NCBI GenBank assembly: GCA_964592615.1 | Contig: CAZQGB010000001.1 | Coordinates: forward strand, 2,422-66,421 | Reading direction: 5' to 3' | Source of the DNA: an uncultured Isosphaeraceae bacterium | Lineage (GTDB): Bacteria > Planctomycetota > Phycisphaerae > Phycisphaerales > SM1A02 | Length of the DNA stretch: 64,000 nt | Shown here: piece by piece, positions 9,019 through 18,423 of the stretch | How positions within the stretch are numbered: position 1 is the stretch's first letter | How the letters are laid out: each line of letters begins with the position of its first letter | Program-made: the position numbers and the translations under genes | The notes under the pieces: model-generated | Database searches by the model: none | The model's input: only the letters and a program-made list of their open reading frames with translations | Told to the model about the DNA's origin: nothing

Positions 9019-10791
9019 ATGAAACTCTTACAAGGCATTCCAGTTAGTCCAGGCGTCGTTATCGCTCGAGCGTTAGTCTTAGAGAAATCGCTTCATCGTG
9101 TTCCTTTTCTCATTCTAAATACTTCTGAGGTACCCGCCGAACTTGAGCGCTTTTCTAACGCAATTCAATGTGTACATAAAGAGGTCGAGCGCGATAAGGA
9201 CCAAGTTGAAGAGACCCTTGGTGCTGAGCCGGCTAAGATATTTTCGTTCCATCTTGGTTTGCTCAATGACGTGTCGCTTATCGAGCCAATACGAAATAGA
9301 ATTAAGCATGAAGGGGTCAATGCGTCGTTTGCTGTAGTTGAAGCATTCGGAGAACTTGCCGATAAGTTTCGGTCAATGGACAATCCAGTCTTTCGTGATA
9401 AGGCTAATGACGTCTTTGACTTAGAGCGTCGCTTGATGAATCAGTTAACTGGTGGATCCATGGACCGACTCGCATCGGTTGAGGAACCAGTCATCGTTAT
9501 TTGTCATCAAGTAACACCCGGGGACGCTGCAACATTTAATCATAAGAACGTCTTAGGCATAGCAACTGATATTGGCGGGAGAACTGACCATAGTTCAATT
9601 GTTGCTGCTGCAATCGGTATTCCTGTAGTAGTTGGTTGCAAGTCTGTCGCTGAAGAAGTGAGTGATGGAGATATGCTCATTCTCGATGGAAAAACTGGAA
9701 CAGTTGTCATTGACCCCGATGACGAAACTCTTTCAAAAATGCGTCAGAATATCGAACTTCTTGAATCATTCAAACAACAAACTGAAGAGATTTCAAAACA
9801 GGAATCAAGGACTGCTGATGGTGTAGAAATACACCTTTATGGAAACATAGAATTTGCACATGAGATAGAACAAGTCATTGAAAAGGGTGGAGAGGGCGTA
9901 GGACTTTATAGAACGGAATTCCAGTACCTTACAGCATCTTCTTTACCTACAGAAGATGAATTGTTTGACGAATATGCTTCAGCACTTTCCAAACTTGATG
10001 GGCGTTTTTTAACAATCAGAACTCTTGACCTTGGCGCAGATAAATACACACAGGCACAAGCAATGGAGCCAGAACGGAACCCTTTTCTAGGATTACGTTC
10101 TATTCGTTACTGCCTACAAAATCAAGATTTGTTTCGTACTCAGTTACGAGCTATAATTCGCGCCTCTTCGATTGGTCCAATGCGGGTCATGTTCCCTCTG
10201 ATAACTTCTATGAATGAACTTCGCCAAGCGAAACTGATTTTTAATGAAGTCCTAGAAGAATGTGATGATGAGGGCATACAGTTTTCTCAAAAGATTCCGA
10301 TTGGAATGATGGTAGAAGTCCCAAGCGCTGCTCTTATGGCTGCCACCTTTACAAGAGAAGTAGACTTTTTTTCTATTGGAACTAACGATTTGATTCAATA
10401 TACAGTCGCCGTTGACCGAGGGAATGAGCGGGTCGCAAGTCTATATACCGCCACGAATCCAGCTGTGATCAAGTTGATAAAGTCCGTTATTAGAGCTGCA
10501 AGGCGTGGAAAGGTCGAAACTAGCCTTTGTGGAGAGATTGCTGGCGATCCGGTATATACTATGTTACTCATCGGCCTAGGATTACGGAACCTCTCTTTGG
10601 TTCCATCGCAAATACCCGCAATCAAGCAGGTCATTCGAAAGGTAACGGTTGAAGAGTGCGAGCGGTTAGCCCGAAAAATCGGGTCGCTCGATTCGGATCG
10701 TCGAATTTTGTCGACGCTTCGAAATGAATTGAAGAAAAAAGTGCCTGAGGCAATTGGTGGATGGTCCACCGAGCAGACGACTCAGTCATAA
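9019..10791 (+). CDS. ptsI: phosphoenolpyruvate-protein phosphotransferase (PTS enzyme I)
   Basis: GGRTDHSSIVAAAIGIPVVVG phospho-His region and the PEP-utilising C-terminal motif FFSIGTNDLIQYT. The ATG at 9019 lies two codons into the TTG-started ORF. Confidence 0.9.
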   Translation: MKLLQGIPVSPGVVIARALVLEKSLHRVPFLILNTSEVPAELERFSNAIQCVHKEVERDKDQVEETLGAEPAKIFSFHLGLLNDVSLIEPIRNRIKHEGVNASFAVVEAFGELADKFRSMDNPVFRDKANDVFDLERRLMNQLTGGSMDRLASVEEPVIVICHQVTPGDAATFNHKNVLGIATDIGGRTDHSSIVAAAIGIPVVVGCKSVAEEVSDGDMLILDGKTGTVVIDPDDETLSKMRQNIELLESFKQQTEEISKQESRTADGVEIHLYGNIEFAHEIEQVIEKGGEGVGLYRTEFQYLTASSLPTEDELFDEYASALSKLDGRFLTIRTLDLGADKYTQAQAMEPERNPFLGLRSIRYCLQNQDLFRTQLRAIIRASSIGPMRVMFPLITSMNELRQAKLIFNEVLEECDDEGIQFSQKIPIGMMVEVPSAALMAATFTREVDFFSIGTNDLIQYTVAVDRGNERVASLYTATNPAVIKLIKSVIRAARRGKVETSLCGEIAGDPVYTMLLIGLGLRNLSLVPSQIPAIKQVIRKVTVEECERLARKIGSLDSDRRILSTLRNELKKKVPEAIGGWSTEQTTQS

Positions 10792-11049
10792 AACGAATCA
10801 ACGACGCGCAGGGATCGCAATTGTACTTAAGTACGCGGCCTGCAACTCACCAAACACTTTGGGCGATGTTCACATCGTCCTCCATGTAACAAAACTGCGG
10901 AATCTGCCCGCGATGTGTGAGAACAAGTGACTCTTCACACAAACATGGTTGGTGTTCTGGCAATACCGCAATTGCGGAAAAGGTCTATTGTGACAAAAGC
11001 CAAAACAGCCGGGGATAACAAAACAAAGGGGAATTCGATTAAGGAAATC
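10792..11049 (+). promoter_or_regulatory. long leader of the RNase E gene (candidate autoregulatory 5' UTR)
   Basis: About 258 nt non-coding if the start is the ATG at 11050. Contains palindromes GTACTTAAGTAC and CCGCAATTGCGG and a GTGTGA...TCACAC hairpin. Confidence 0.25.
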
Positions 11050-13290
11050 ATGGTAATCAATGATGATCCTGGTGTTGAAACAAGAATTGCCATACTAGAA
11101 GATGGCCGACTTGAAGAACTTTACACCGAGAGAATTAATTCGGCGACCGGCGTAGGGAATATTTACAAAGGGCGTGTAACGAATGTTGAACCGGCAATCC
11201 AAGCCGCGTTCATTGAATATGGTGGTGCTCAGAGTGGTTTCTTACATGTTACCGACTTGCATCCAAAATATTTTCCTGGAAAAGAAACGAGCGAACGGGT
11301 TGGTAAAAAGATTGCTAAACATAACCGACCTCCAATTCAAAAATGTTTAAAGCGTGGCGATGAGGTTCTTGTTCAGGTTCTAAAGGAGGGCATTGGAACG
11401 AAGGGGCCTACTCTTACAAGTTATTTATCAATCCCAGGCCGGCTAGCAGTGATGATGCCGTACATGGATAAGGTTGGGGTGTCTAGAAAAATCGAAGATG
11501 AAGAAGAGCGTCGAGAAATGCGAAAAATTCTTGATTCAATGAACTTGCCAGATGGATTTGGGTTCATTCTTCGCACAGCTGGTTTTGGTAAAAAGAAAGT
11601 TGATATTAAACGAGATATTGCGTATCTCATGCGACTCTGGAAAATGATTGAAAAGAGAATCTCAACAATTGGAGCGCCTTGCCAGCTGTACAACGAGTCA
11701 GATTTATTAGTAAGGACTATTCGAGATGTGCTTCGGCAAAGTATTGGGGCAATTGTTGTGGATTCCGAGTCTTCGTATGAGCGTATCAGCGCCTTTCTTA
11801 AAATTGCAGCGCCTCGATCATCTAGAAAAGTAATTCAATATCGTGAGGCATCACCGATTTTTCACTCGTTTGACATTGAACGTCAAATCGAAGAGGTGCA
11901 TAGTCGCGAAGTTACTCTTCCAAGTGGCGGGCGCCTAGTTATAGACCAAACTGAGGCGCTTGTTGCAATTGATGTGAACTCTGGTAAAAGCAGAGGTGCA
12001 AGAAACAGTGAAACAAATGCTTTGAACACAAACCTTGAAGCAGCAGATGAAATTTGTAGGCAGTTACGATTACGCGATTTGGGTGGGATTGTTATCAATG
12101 ATTTGATTGACATGGGTAAGTCTGCAAATCGTAAAAAAATTGAGCAGAAATTTGCAGAAAATTTAGAGCGTGATCGGGCGAGATCCACTTTGTTGCCAAT
12201 TAGCCGGTTTGGATTGCTTGAAATGACTCGGCAGAGAATTCGGCCAAGTGTTTTAGATAGTCACTACATAGGATGCTCACACTGTGAGGGGCTTGGTCGT
12301 GTGAAAACGACAGAGGAAGTTGCAGCAGACGCAACAAGGCATTGTGGCTGGTTGTTGCAGCATTCTGAAATACATCGAGTTGAGTTTACCTGTTCCCCTG
12401 TAGTTGGAACTTATTTACTCTCTAATAAGCGTTCAGAACTTGATCGGTATGAGAAAAGTTTGAACAAACGAATTGTTGTTCGGGTTTGTGAAGGCGTTGC
12501 TGCTGACCGGATTTCTTATTATGCATATGACGCGAGAGGGTCTGATATTGACCTTTCTACTTTGCCTGCTACAACTGTGCCAACTATTGACGCTTTGATG
12601 AAATCTGAAAGTGAATTTGTTAACTCTGAAACGCGGGATGATTCGAAACTAAAAGGCAGGCGTCGTTCAAGAAGGCGCCGGAATAAGACTGTGCCACTTG
12701 CTGATGCATCTTCTGTAACAGCAGATACTAATATCGATAAAGAAATTGCGAAACTTGATTCGCCTAAAAAGAAACGAACTAAGAAAAAGAAAGGCACGAA
12801 GGCAGCAAGAGAAGATTCTCCTGCAGAAAACGCAACTCGTGTGTATCAGTTTGCGCGAAGTATTGGCAAGTCAAGTAAAGAGGTTATTGATTTGTGCAAG
12901 TCCCAAGGCGAAAATATTCGTGGGCATATGTCCAAGATGACTAGCGAGTTGATTACAAAAATAAAGGCAGAAATTGACATCGCCGAAACTCCTTCGAAGA
13001 CGAAGCGAAGCAGGCGACGAAGAAGTGGACGAAAAAAACAAGTAGATAAGAAGGTTGAACCAGTTAAAGCCGCTGATGAAAAAAAGAAGGTGCCATCCAA
13101 GAAGAAAACAAAAAAGAAACGTTCTCGGCGACGAACAAAGAAGGTTCAAAAAAAGTCCGGCAACACAAAAGTTACTGAGGATGCGTCTAAGAAAGAATCG
13201 AAGCCAGTCAAATCTCGCAGAACGCTGTACGGTGGAAGTAGAAGAAGTGTGACAACTGATGAAGTTCAGCAGAGTATGGTTGATCGTTAA
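11050..13290 (+). CDS. rne: ribonuclease E (RNase E/G family) with K/R-rich C-terminal tail
   Basis: S1 domain (GNIYKGRVTNVEPAIQAAFIEYG), catalytic core (AIDVNSGK), and CSHCEGLGRV Zn-link. MVINDD... matches the usual RNase E/G N-terminus; the ORF is open from 10927. Confidence 0.9.
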   Translation: MVINDDPGVETRIAILEDGRLEELYTERINSATGVGNIYKGRVTNVEPAIQAAFIEYGGAQSGFLHVTDLHPKYFPGKETSERVGKKIAKHNRPPIQKCLKRGDEVLVQVLKEGIGTKGPTLTSYLSIPGRLAVMMPYMDKVGVSRKIEDEEERREMRKILDSMNLPDGFGFILRTAGFGKKKVDIKRDIAYLMRLWKMIEKRISTIGAPCQLYNESDLLVRTIRDVLRQSIGAIVVDSESSYERISAFLKIAAPRSSRKVIQYREASPIFHSFDIERQIEEVHSREVTLPSGGRLVIDQTEALVAIDVNSGKSRGARNSETNALNTNLEAADEICRQLRLRDLGGIVINDLIDMGKSANRKKIEQKFAENLERDRARSTLLPISRFGLLEMTRQRIRPSVLDSHYIGCSHCEGLGRVKTTEEVAADATRHCGWLLQHSEIHRVEFTCSPVVGTYLLSNKRSELDRYEKSLNKRIVVRVCEGVAADRISYYAYDARGSDIDLSTLPATTVPTIDALMKSESEFVNSETRDDSKLKGRRRSRRRRNKTVPLADASSVTADTNIDKEIAKLDSPKKKRTKKKKGTKAAREDSPAENATRVYQFARSIGKSSKEVIDLCKSQGENIRGHMSKMTSELITKIKAEIDIAETPSKTKRSRRRRSGRKKQVDKKVEPVKAADEKKKVPSKKKTKKKRSRRRTKKVQKKSGNTKVTEDASKKESKPVKSRRTLYGGSRRSVTTDEVQQSMVDR

Positions 13291-14444
13291 TGAGCAGGCG
13301 TGTCTTTATTCTTGGTTCAACGGGTTCAATCGGTCGAAGCACAGTTGAGGTTATCCAACATCTTCGCACTATTGATGGAGATGATAGTTGGCCTGTTATT
13401 GGTCTAGCAGCGAAAGAAAATGCGGTCTTATTGCAGAAGCAAGCGGAAGTGCTTGGAGTAGACGCAGTCTCACTAGATGTAAATTCATCTATCGATATTT
13501 CAAATTTCTATTCATCTGCTGATGAACTAATTCGCTGTCATGCAGAACCGGGGGACCTTGTTGTCGCGGCGATAGTTGGATTTGCAGGAATTGCTCCAGT
13601 GCTCACAGCGATTGAGTGCGGATGTGACATAGCACTTGCAAATAAGGAAACACTCGTAGCTGGCGGGAAATTGGTAATGGATGCGGTTCAGAAGGCAAAA
13701 GTTCAATTGATACCAGTTGATAGTGAACATTCAGCAATCTTCCAAGCACTTTCGAATCATCCAAACAAAGAGGTCGCCAAAATAACTTTAACGGCAAGTG
13801 GTGGATCGCTAAGGACTATGTCACGTGGAGACATGCAGCGAGCAACTGTTGAACAGGTGTTACAACATCCAACATGGACTATGGGAACAAAGGTCACGGT
13901 GGATTCAGCTTCTTTAATGAATAAAGCACTTGAACTGATCGAAGCACATTGGCTCTTTGGAGTAGGTTCGAATCGACTTGATGCAATCATTCATCCGCAA
14001 TCAATAGTGCACGGTATGGTAGAATTTTGTGATGGCTCTGTCATCGCGCAACTCTCTTTGACTGACATGAAATTGCCAATCCAATATGCTCTGACATGGC
14101 CAAGTCGTGAAGGTGGTTGTTGCGATTCTATAGACTGGGCGAAGTATTCTCCGCTTGAATTTGAGACAGTCGATCGGGAACGATATCCTGCGGTTAACCT
14201 GGCATATCATGTAATTGAACGTGGCGGAACGGCAGGAGCGGTCTTTAATGCCGCAAATGAAGTTGTAGTTGCTTCTTTTCTTGAACATTCTCTTCCATTT
14301 GGGTCGATGGTTGGTATCGTTAAAGAAGTGCTAGATAACATTTCCATATCAGACTGCGTATCTTTTGAGAGCGTGGTAGAGGCAGATCGAGAAGCTCGTG
14401 AATTCGCGAAGGTGCGAATTGCTTCTCATAAGGTGAACACGTAA
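13290..14444 (+). CDS. dxr: 1-deoxy-D-xylulose 5-phosphate reductoisomerase
   Basis: ILGSTGSIGRST NADPH motif, LANKE, DSEHSA, and the NKALELIEAHWLF block. TAATG overlap with rne. Confidence 0.95.
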   Translation: MSRRVFILGSTGSIGRSTVEVIQHLRTIDGDDSWPVIGLAAKENAVLLQKQAEVLGVDAVSLDVNSSIDISNFYSSADELIRCHAEPGDLVVAAIVGFAGIAPVLTAIECGCDIALANKETLVAGGKLVMDAVQKAKVQLIPVDSEHSAIFQALSNHPNKEVAKITLTASGGSLRTMSRGDMQRATVEQVLQHPTWTMGTKVTVDSASLMNKALELIEAHWLFGVGSNRLDAIIHPQSIVHGMVEFCDGSVIAQLSLTDMKLPIQYALTWPSREGGCCDSIDWAKYSPLEFETVDRERYPAVNLAYHVIERGGTAGAVFNAANEVVVASFLEHSLPFGSMVGIVKEVLDNISISDCVSFESVVEADREAREFAKVRIASHKVNT

Positions 14445-14453
14445 AGGGCTGAA

Positions 14454-16607
14454 ATGACTTTAGATTCGTTACTAAATATGTTGCTTATTATTCTTGGATT
14501 TGGATTGCTTATTGGAATCCATGAACTCGGTCATTTCCTAGCAGCTAAATGGTCGGGCATTCGAACGAATGCATTTGCAGTTGGTATGGGGCCTCAAGTT
14601 GTTTCTTACAGAAGGGGTGTAGGTTTGTGCTATAAATCCACAAAGCCAAAAGTGATTTCTAAATGTGGCAAAGATGCAAATGATATGAGTGATGCAGAAC
14701 TATTGCATCATGGCATTTCTGAGACCGAATACTCGATACGATTGTTGCCAATTGGGGGTTTCGTGAGCATGCTTGGCCAAGAAGATGGCAAGCCCGATGA
14801 AGTTTCAGATGGCCCAAGAAGTTACAACAAATGCCCAATAGGGAAACGAATGGTTGTTGTTTCTGCTGGGGTTTTAATGAACTTATTACTTGCGATTGTG
14901 TTCTTTTTGATTTGCTTTCAAATTGGAGTTAATTTCGAAGCTCCAGTGGTAGGAGCAATTGCGCATGGTTCTCCTGCAGAGACTGCGAAATCCATAGGTG
15001 ATGAGTCTTATCAGAAGAGCCACAGCTTAGAAGTTGGTGACACGGTTCTTTCAATTGACGGAAAAGAAGTGCACACGTTCCAAGATGTGCAAATCGCAAG
15101 CGCAATGGCCAAGCCAAATGTCCCAATTCATCTCGAAGCCAGGAACGCTGTTACGGGAGTGGTGTCTCAGTACGATATCGTCCCAGAAAGTGGTAATCAA
15201 GGTGGATTGTTAGAGCTCGGATTGTACCCATCATCGTCACTCACATTGCGTAAAGGGGATGAGGCTGAAAAAGCACTCACGATCTTGCAAGAGCAGTATG
15301 AAGAACTAAATGGTTTGCGTCCTGGTATGACTATGACAGCTGCATGCAAGTCATTTATCTACGAACAAGAGAAAGAAGAAGCGTATGAACCGGTAACGCA
15401 GTGGGGTGATTTTGAACGGATAGTAAGAAATACTACTTCTTCAATTCGTACTAAGTGGGAAGACGGTGAAGCGACGAAGGTGGTTGTAATTCAAACCTTT
15501 CCGCAGTTAGATATCCTTAGGCCTGTGGGAATTCCTGATGATGCCCCACAAAACTTCGAGTTTGGGTTCATGGGCTTGGTGCCACTTTCGAAAATAGGTT
15601 TCATTTTTGAATCAAGCCCAAATGCATCAGTTCTTCAAAAGGGAGATGTCATTACCCGAGTTGCTGAATTGGAAATGCCACGAATGGGCCAACTCCGAAA
15701 TTTCTTAGCAACTCAGCCCGATGGGGCAATGGAAATAGGTGTACTTCGCGATGGTGAAGATCGTTCATTTACCGTTCAACTTTCTAATGGTAAACTTGGA
15801 GTCCTTTTAACTAATGCTCTCGAACTCCCAATAACAGCAAACCCGCTTGAAGAAATTCTTGTTGAAGTTGATGGCGAATTGGTCCCATCACCAACAGCAA
15901 TCGCAGGGCAACAGTTACTTGGTGGGTCAACGTTATTGGCTGTTTACGATGCTGGGCAAGGACTTATTACAACGGTGCCAAAGCAACCACTTCTAGACTG
16001 GAGAGAGTTGCGATCCCGAATTGAAAATGCAAGATTATCACATGTTCCACCAAAAGGTTCAACAGAACTATTAGTTCAAAATCCCACGAAGAATGCCGAG
16101 CTAAACTCAATTGAATTGCACCACACTGGTAGAAGATACGCTCAGGGATTTGCTTCTCCGCTGGACCAGCAACTCTTTGAGCCGCTGTATGTATCAAGAA
16201 GCAGTGGAGGTAACCCACTTAAGGCACTGCAGATGGGCTTCGATGAAACTATCAATATGGTCGTGATGACATACTTAACAATTGACCGCCTTGTTCGAAG
16301 GACGGTTGGAGTAGATCAGTTAAGGGGTCCTGTTGGAATTATCCATATCGGGTCTAAAATCGCAGATAGAGGGATGAGTTACTTACTCTTTTTCTTAGCA
16401 ATTATTAGTGTGAATCTCGCTGTGCTTAACTTCTTACCGTTGCCAATTGTTGACGGGGGACTATTTCTTTACCTAGTCTATGAAAAGTTGTTTAAAAAGC
16501 CGCCATCCTTGGCGTTCCAAAATGCTGCAGCGATGCTTGGATTGGGGCTTATTGCCACACTTTTCATCGTGACGTTCTACAACGACATCGCACGCCTAGT
16601 TGGCTAA
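14454..16607 (+). CDS. rseP: RseP-type site-2 metalloprotease (M50) with expanded PDZ region
   Basis: HELGHF zinc motif at the N-terminus and NLAVLNFLPLPIVDGG near the C-terminus. About 470 aa between the membrane cores. Confidence 0.9.
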   Translation: MTLDSLLNMLLIILGFGLLIGIHELGHFLAAKWSGIRTNAFAVGMGPQVVSYRRGVGLCYKSTKPKVISKCGKDANDMSDAELLHHGISETEYSIRLLPIGGFVSMLGQEDGKPDEVSDGPRSYNKCPIGKRMVVVSAGVLMNLLLAIVFFLICFQIGVNFEAPVVGAIAHGSPAETAKSIGDESYQKSHSLEVGDTVLSIDGKEVHTFQDVQIASAMAKPNVPIHLEARNAVTGVVSQYDIVPESGNQGGLLELGLYPSSSLTLRKGDEAEKALTILQEQYEELNGLRPGMTMTAACKSFIYEQEKEEAYEPVTQWGDFERIVRNTTSSIRTKWEDGEATKVVVIQTFPQLDILRPVGIPDDAPQNFEFGFMGLVPLSKIGFIFESSPNASVLQKGDVITRVAELEMPRMGQLRNFLATQPDGAMEIGVLRDGEDRSFTVQLSNGKLGVLLTNALELPITANPLEEILVEVDGELVPSPTAIAGQQLLGGSTLLAVYDAGQGLITTVPKQPLLDWRELRSRIENARLSHVPPKGSTELLVQNPTKNAELNSIELHHTGRRYAQGFASPLDQQLFEPLYVSRSSGGNPLKALQMGFDETINMVVMTYLTIDRLVRRTVGVDQLRGPVGIIHIGSKIADRGMSYLLFFLAIISVNLAVLNFLPLPIVDGGLFLYLVYEKLFKKPPSLAFQNAAAMLGLGLIATLFIVTFYNDIARLVG

Positions 16608-16781
16608 TCACCCTCTGGTAGACCTGGGGTCAGACCCTAAATAAATATTCTAGAACTCCGGAGGATGGGATATTTGTTCCGGTTATGCGGGCAATAGTGC
16701 TGGTGGAACCTCTTTAGGGTCATGTAAGGCAGGTTCCGTGACGAATGTGATGGGTATGGGCACACAAGGAACACGAGATTT

Positions 16782-17837
16782 ATGAATTCATACCACGGTA
16801 CACATGGAGCAAATCGTCGAAATATCGTAATTGTTGAGAGTGATCCAACGATTGCAGAGAGACTTGTCGCTTCTCTAGTAGCACAAACAGCCCAAGAGAA
16901 TGACTTTGGCGAAACTTCTCCGTTGATTGAATGTACGGTTTTAGAGTCTCAACATGTTTTTTTTGAGACTGACCCAGCAACGTGGGATCTTGTCATCACA
17001 GCGTCTAATTTGCAAGATGGCTTTGGGTTTGACGTACTTTCTTACGTACAAGGATTACGACCAGATGTTCCAGTTATTATTACAGGTCAGCCAGATGAAT
17101 CGAATGCTGCCGTTGAAGCGATAAAAGCCGGCGCAGCGGATTACCTTGTTCTGACAGGGCATGAGATGATTACATTCCCTGTCACAGTGCAAAAATGTTT
17201 GGCGCTACAAGTAATGAGGTCAGAAAATGATGACCTTCACGCTGAACTGAGTCAATCTCTCTCTGAACTTGCTGTTGCAAATCGTGAACTCCAGCAAATG
17301 ATTCAACGCTTAGAAATAGCTGCTCGTACAGATGATCTCACTAAACTTTGTAACAGGCGGTGGCTTAATTTAATGCTTGAGAGTCGCTGGGAAGAAGCAA
17401 CTCGAAATGGTATCCCACTTGCTTTTATGATGATTGATCTTGATGGATTTAAATCATTCAATGATCGGCTAGGGCATCAGAAAGGCGATGAGATATTACG
17501 ATTGGCATCTCGAGTGATTGAGGCGAACAGCCGTTCTATCGATGTCTCTGCACGATTTGGTGGAGATGAGTTCTGCATATTGATGCCACATGCAGGCCCT
17601 GAGGCAGCACTTCAAATAGCGCATCGAATTGCAGCAGCATTTGATGAAGCTGTGTCTGCAATATATGAACCAGACATGCATGTTTCAATGTCAATCGGAG
17701 TTTCGCACTGGCAACTTACTAATCCAGTCAACGCGGATGAACTTGTTAGGCATGCTGATGAAGCAATGTACAGCGCGAAAAGCGAGCCAAGCAAGCGAGT
17801 TGTTCTGTCAGAAAAAATAGGAAAAACAGCAGCATAA
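16782..17837 (+). CDS. receiver-like domain + coiled coil + GGDEF diguanylate cyclase
   Basis: GGDEF at 17559-17573. RSID (RxxD I-site) at 17532-17543, five residues upstream. N-terminal CheY-like fold. Confidence 0.85.
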   Translation: MNSYHGTHGANRRNIVIVESDPTIAERLVASLVAQTAQENDFGETSPLIECTVLESQHVFFETDPATWDLVITASNLQDGFGFDVLSYVQGLRPDVPVIITGQPDESNAAVEAIKAGAADYLVLTGHEMITFPVTVQKCLALQVMRSENDDLHAELSQSLSELAVANRELQQMIQRLEIAARTDDLTKLCNRRWLNLMLESRWEEATRNGIPLAFMMIDLDGFKSFNDRLGHQKGDEILRLASRVIEANSRSIDVSARFGGDEFCILMPHAGPEAALQIAHRIAAAFDEAVSAIYEPDMHVSMSIGVSHWQLTNPVNADELVRHADEAMYSAKSEPSKRVVLSEKIGKTAA

Positions 17838-17838
17838 A

Positions 17839-18315
17839 TTACATGCGCCTTTTCATCGCTCGGTCGATGTCTCGCTGCGCACTCTTTTTTGCAAGTTCTT
17901 GTCGCTTGTCAGATTTTCGTTTGCCCGATGCAAGACCAACAAGAACTTTTGCTTTGTTATTTGAAAAATAAATTTTAAGTGGAACAAGGGTGTGACCTTG
18001 CGAAGCTGTAAACGAGGCAAGTTTAAGAATCTCACGTTTGTGTGCAAGCAGAACTCGGGTTCGAGTGGGGGCGTGTTGCTGCGCGGGGCCAGCGTCTGAA
18101 TATTCTGCAATATGTACTCCATGGAGTGCAAGGCCAATAGGGCGTTGCGTTGCGCGAACCCAGCCCTCCGCTAAACTTGCCTGCCCATTTCGAAGTGACT
18201 TGACTTCTGTTCCTAGCAGAACAATACCAACCTCTAAGGTGTCTTCTATGTGGTATTCGCGCCGTACTCGACGGTTCTCAATAGTTGGCGACTTGTCTGA
18301 TTTCTTTTTTTTCAT
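17839..18315 (-). CDS. smpB: SsrA-binding protein
   Basis: 158 aa. ENRRVRREYHIEDTLEVGIVLLGTEVKSLR and the basic C-terminal tail are typical SmpB. Confidence 0.95.
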   Translation of the reverse strand: MKKKKSDKSPTIENRRVRREYHIEDTLEVGIVLLGTEVKSLRNGQASLAEGWVRATQRPIGLALHGVHIAEYSDAGPAQQHAPTRTRVLLAHKREILKLASFTASQGHTLVPLKIYFSNNKAKVLVGLASGKRKSDKRQELAKKSAQRDIDRAMKRRM

Positions 18316-18423
18316 TCTAAAAAGAGGATTCTACGCCATTAGATTAAGAGAGGAGTGTAATTATGCCTTTTTTCCTTTGCAGGAGCTCTTAACTGATGTA
18401 AAGTAGTAGACGGAGAACTCATT

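Noticed and set aside
18316-18423. Looked for tmRNA (ssrA) next to smpB; also noted the A8 run at the smpB start (ATGAAAAAAAAG)
   Set aside because: No tRNA-like acceptor/T-arm or tag frame is present in the flanks. The A-run simply encodes MKKKK, and there is no evidence for slippage.
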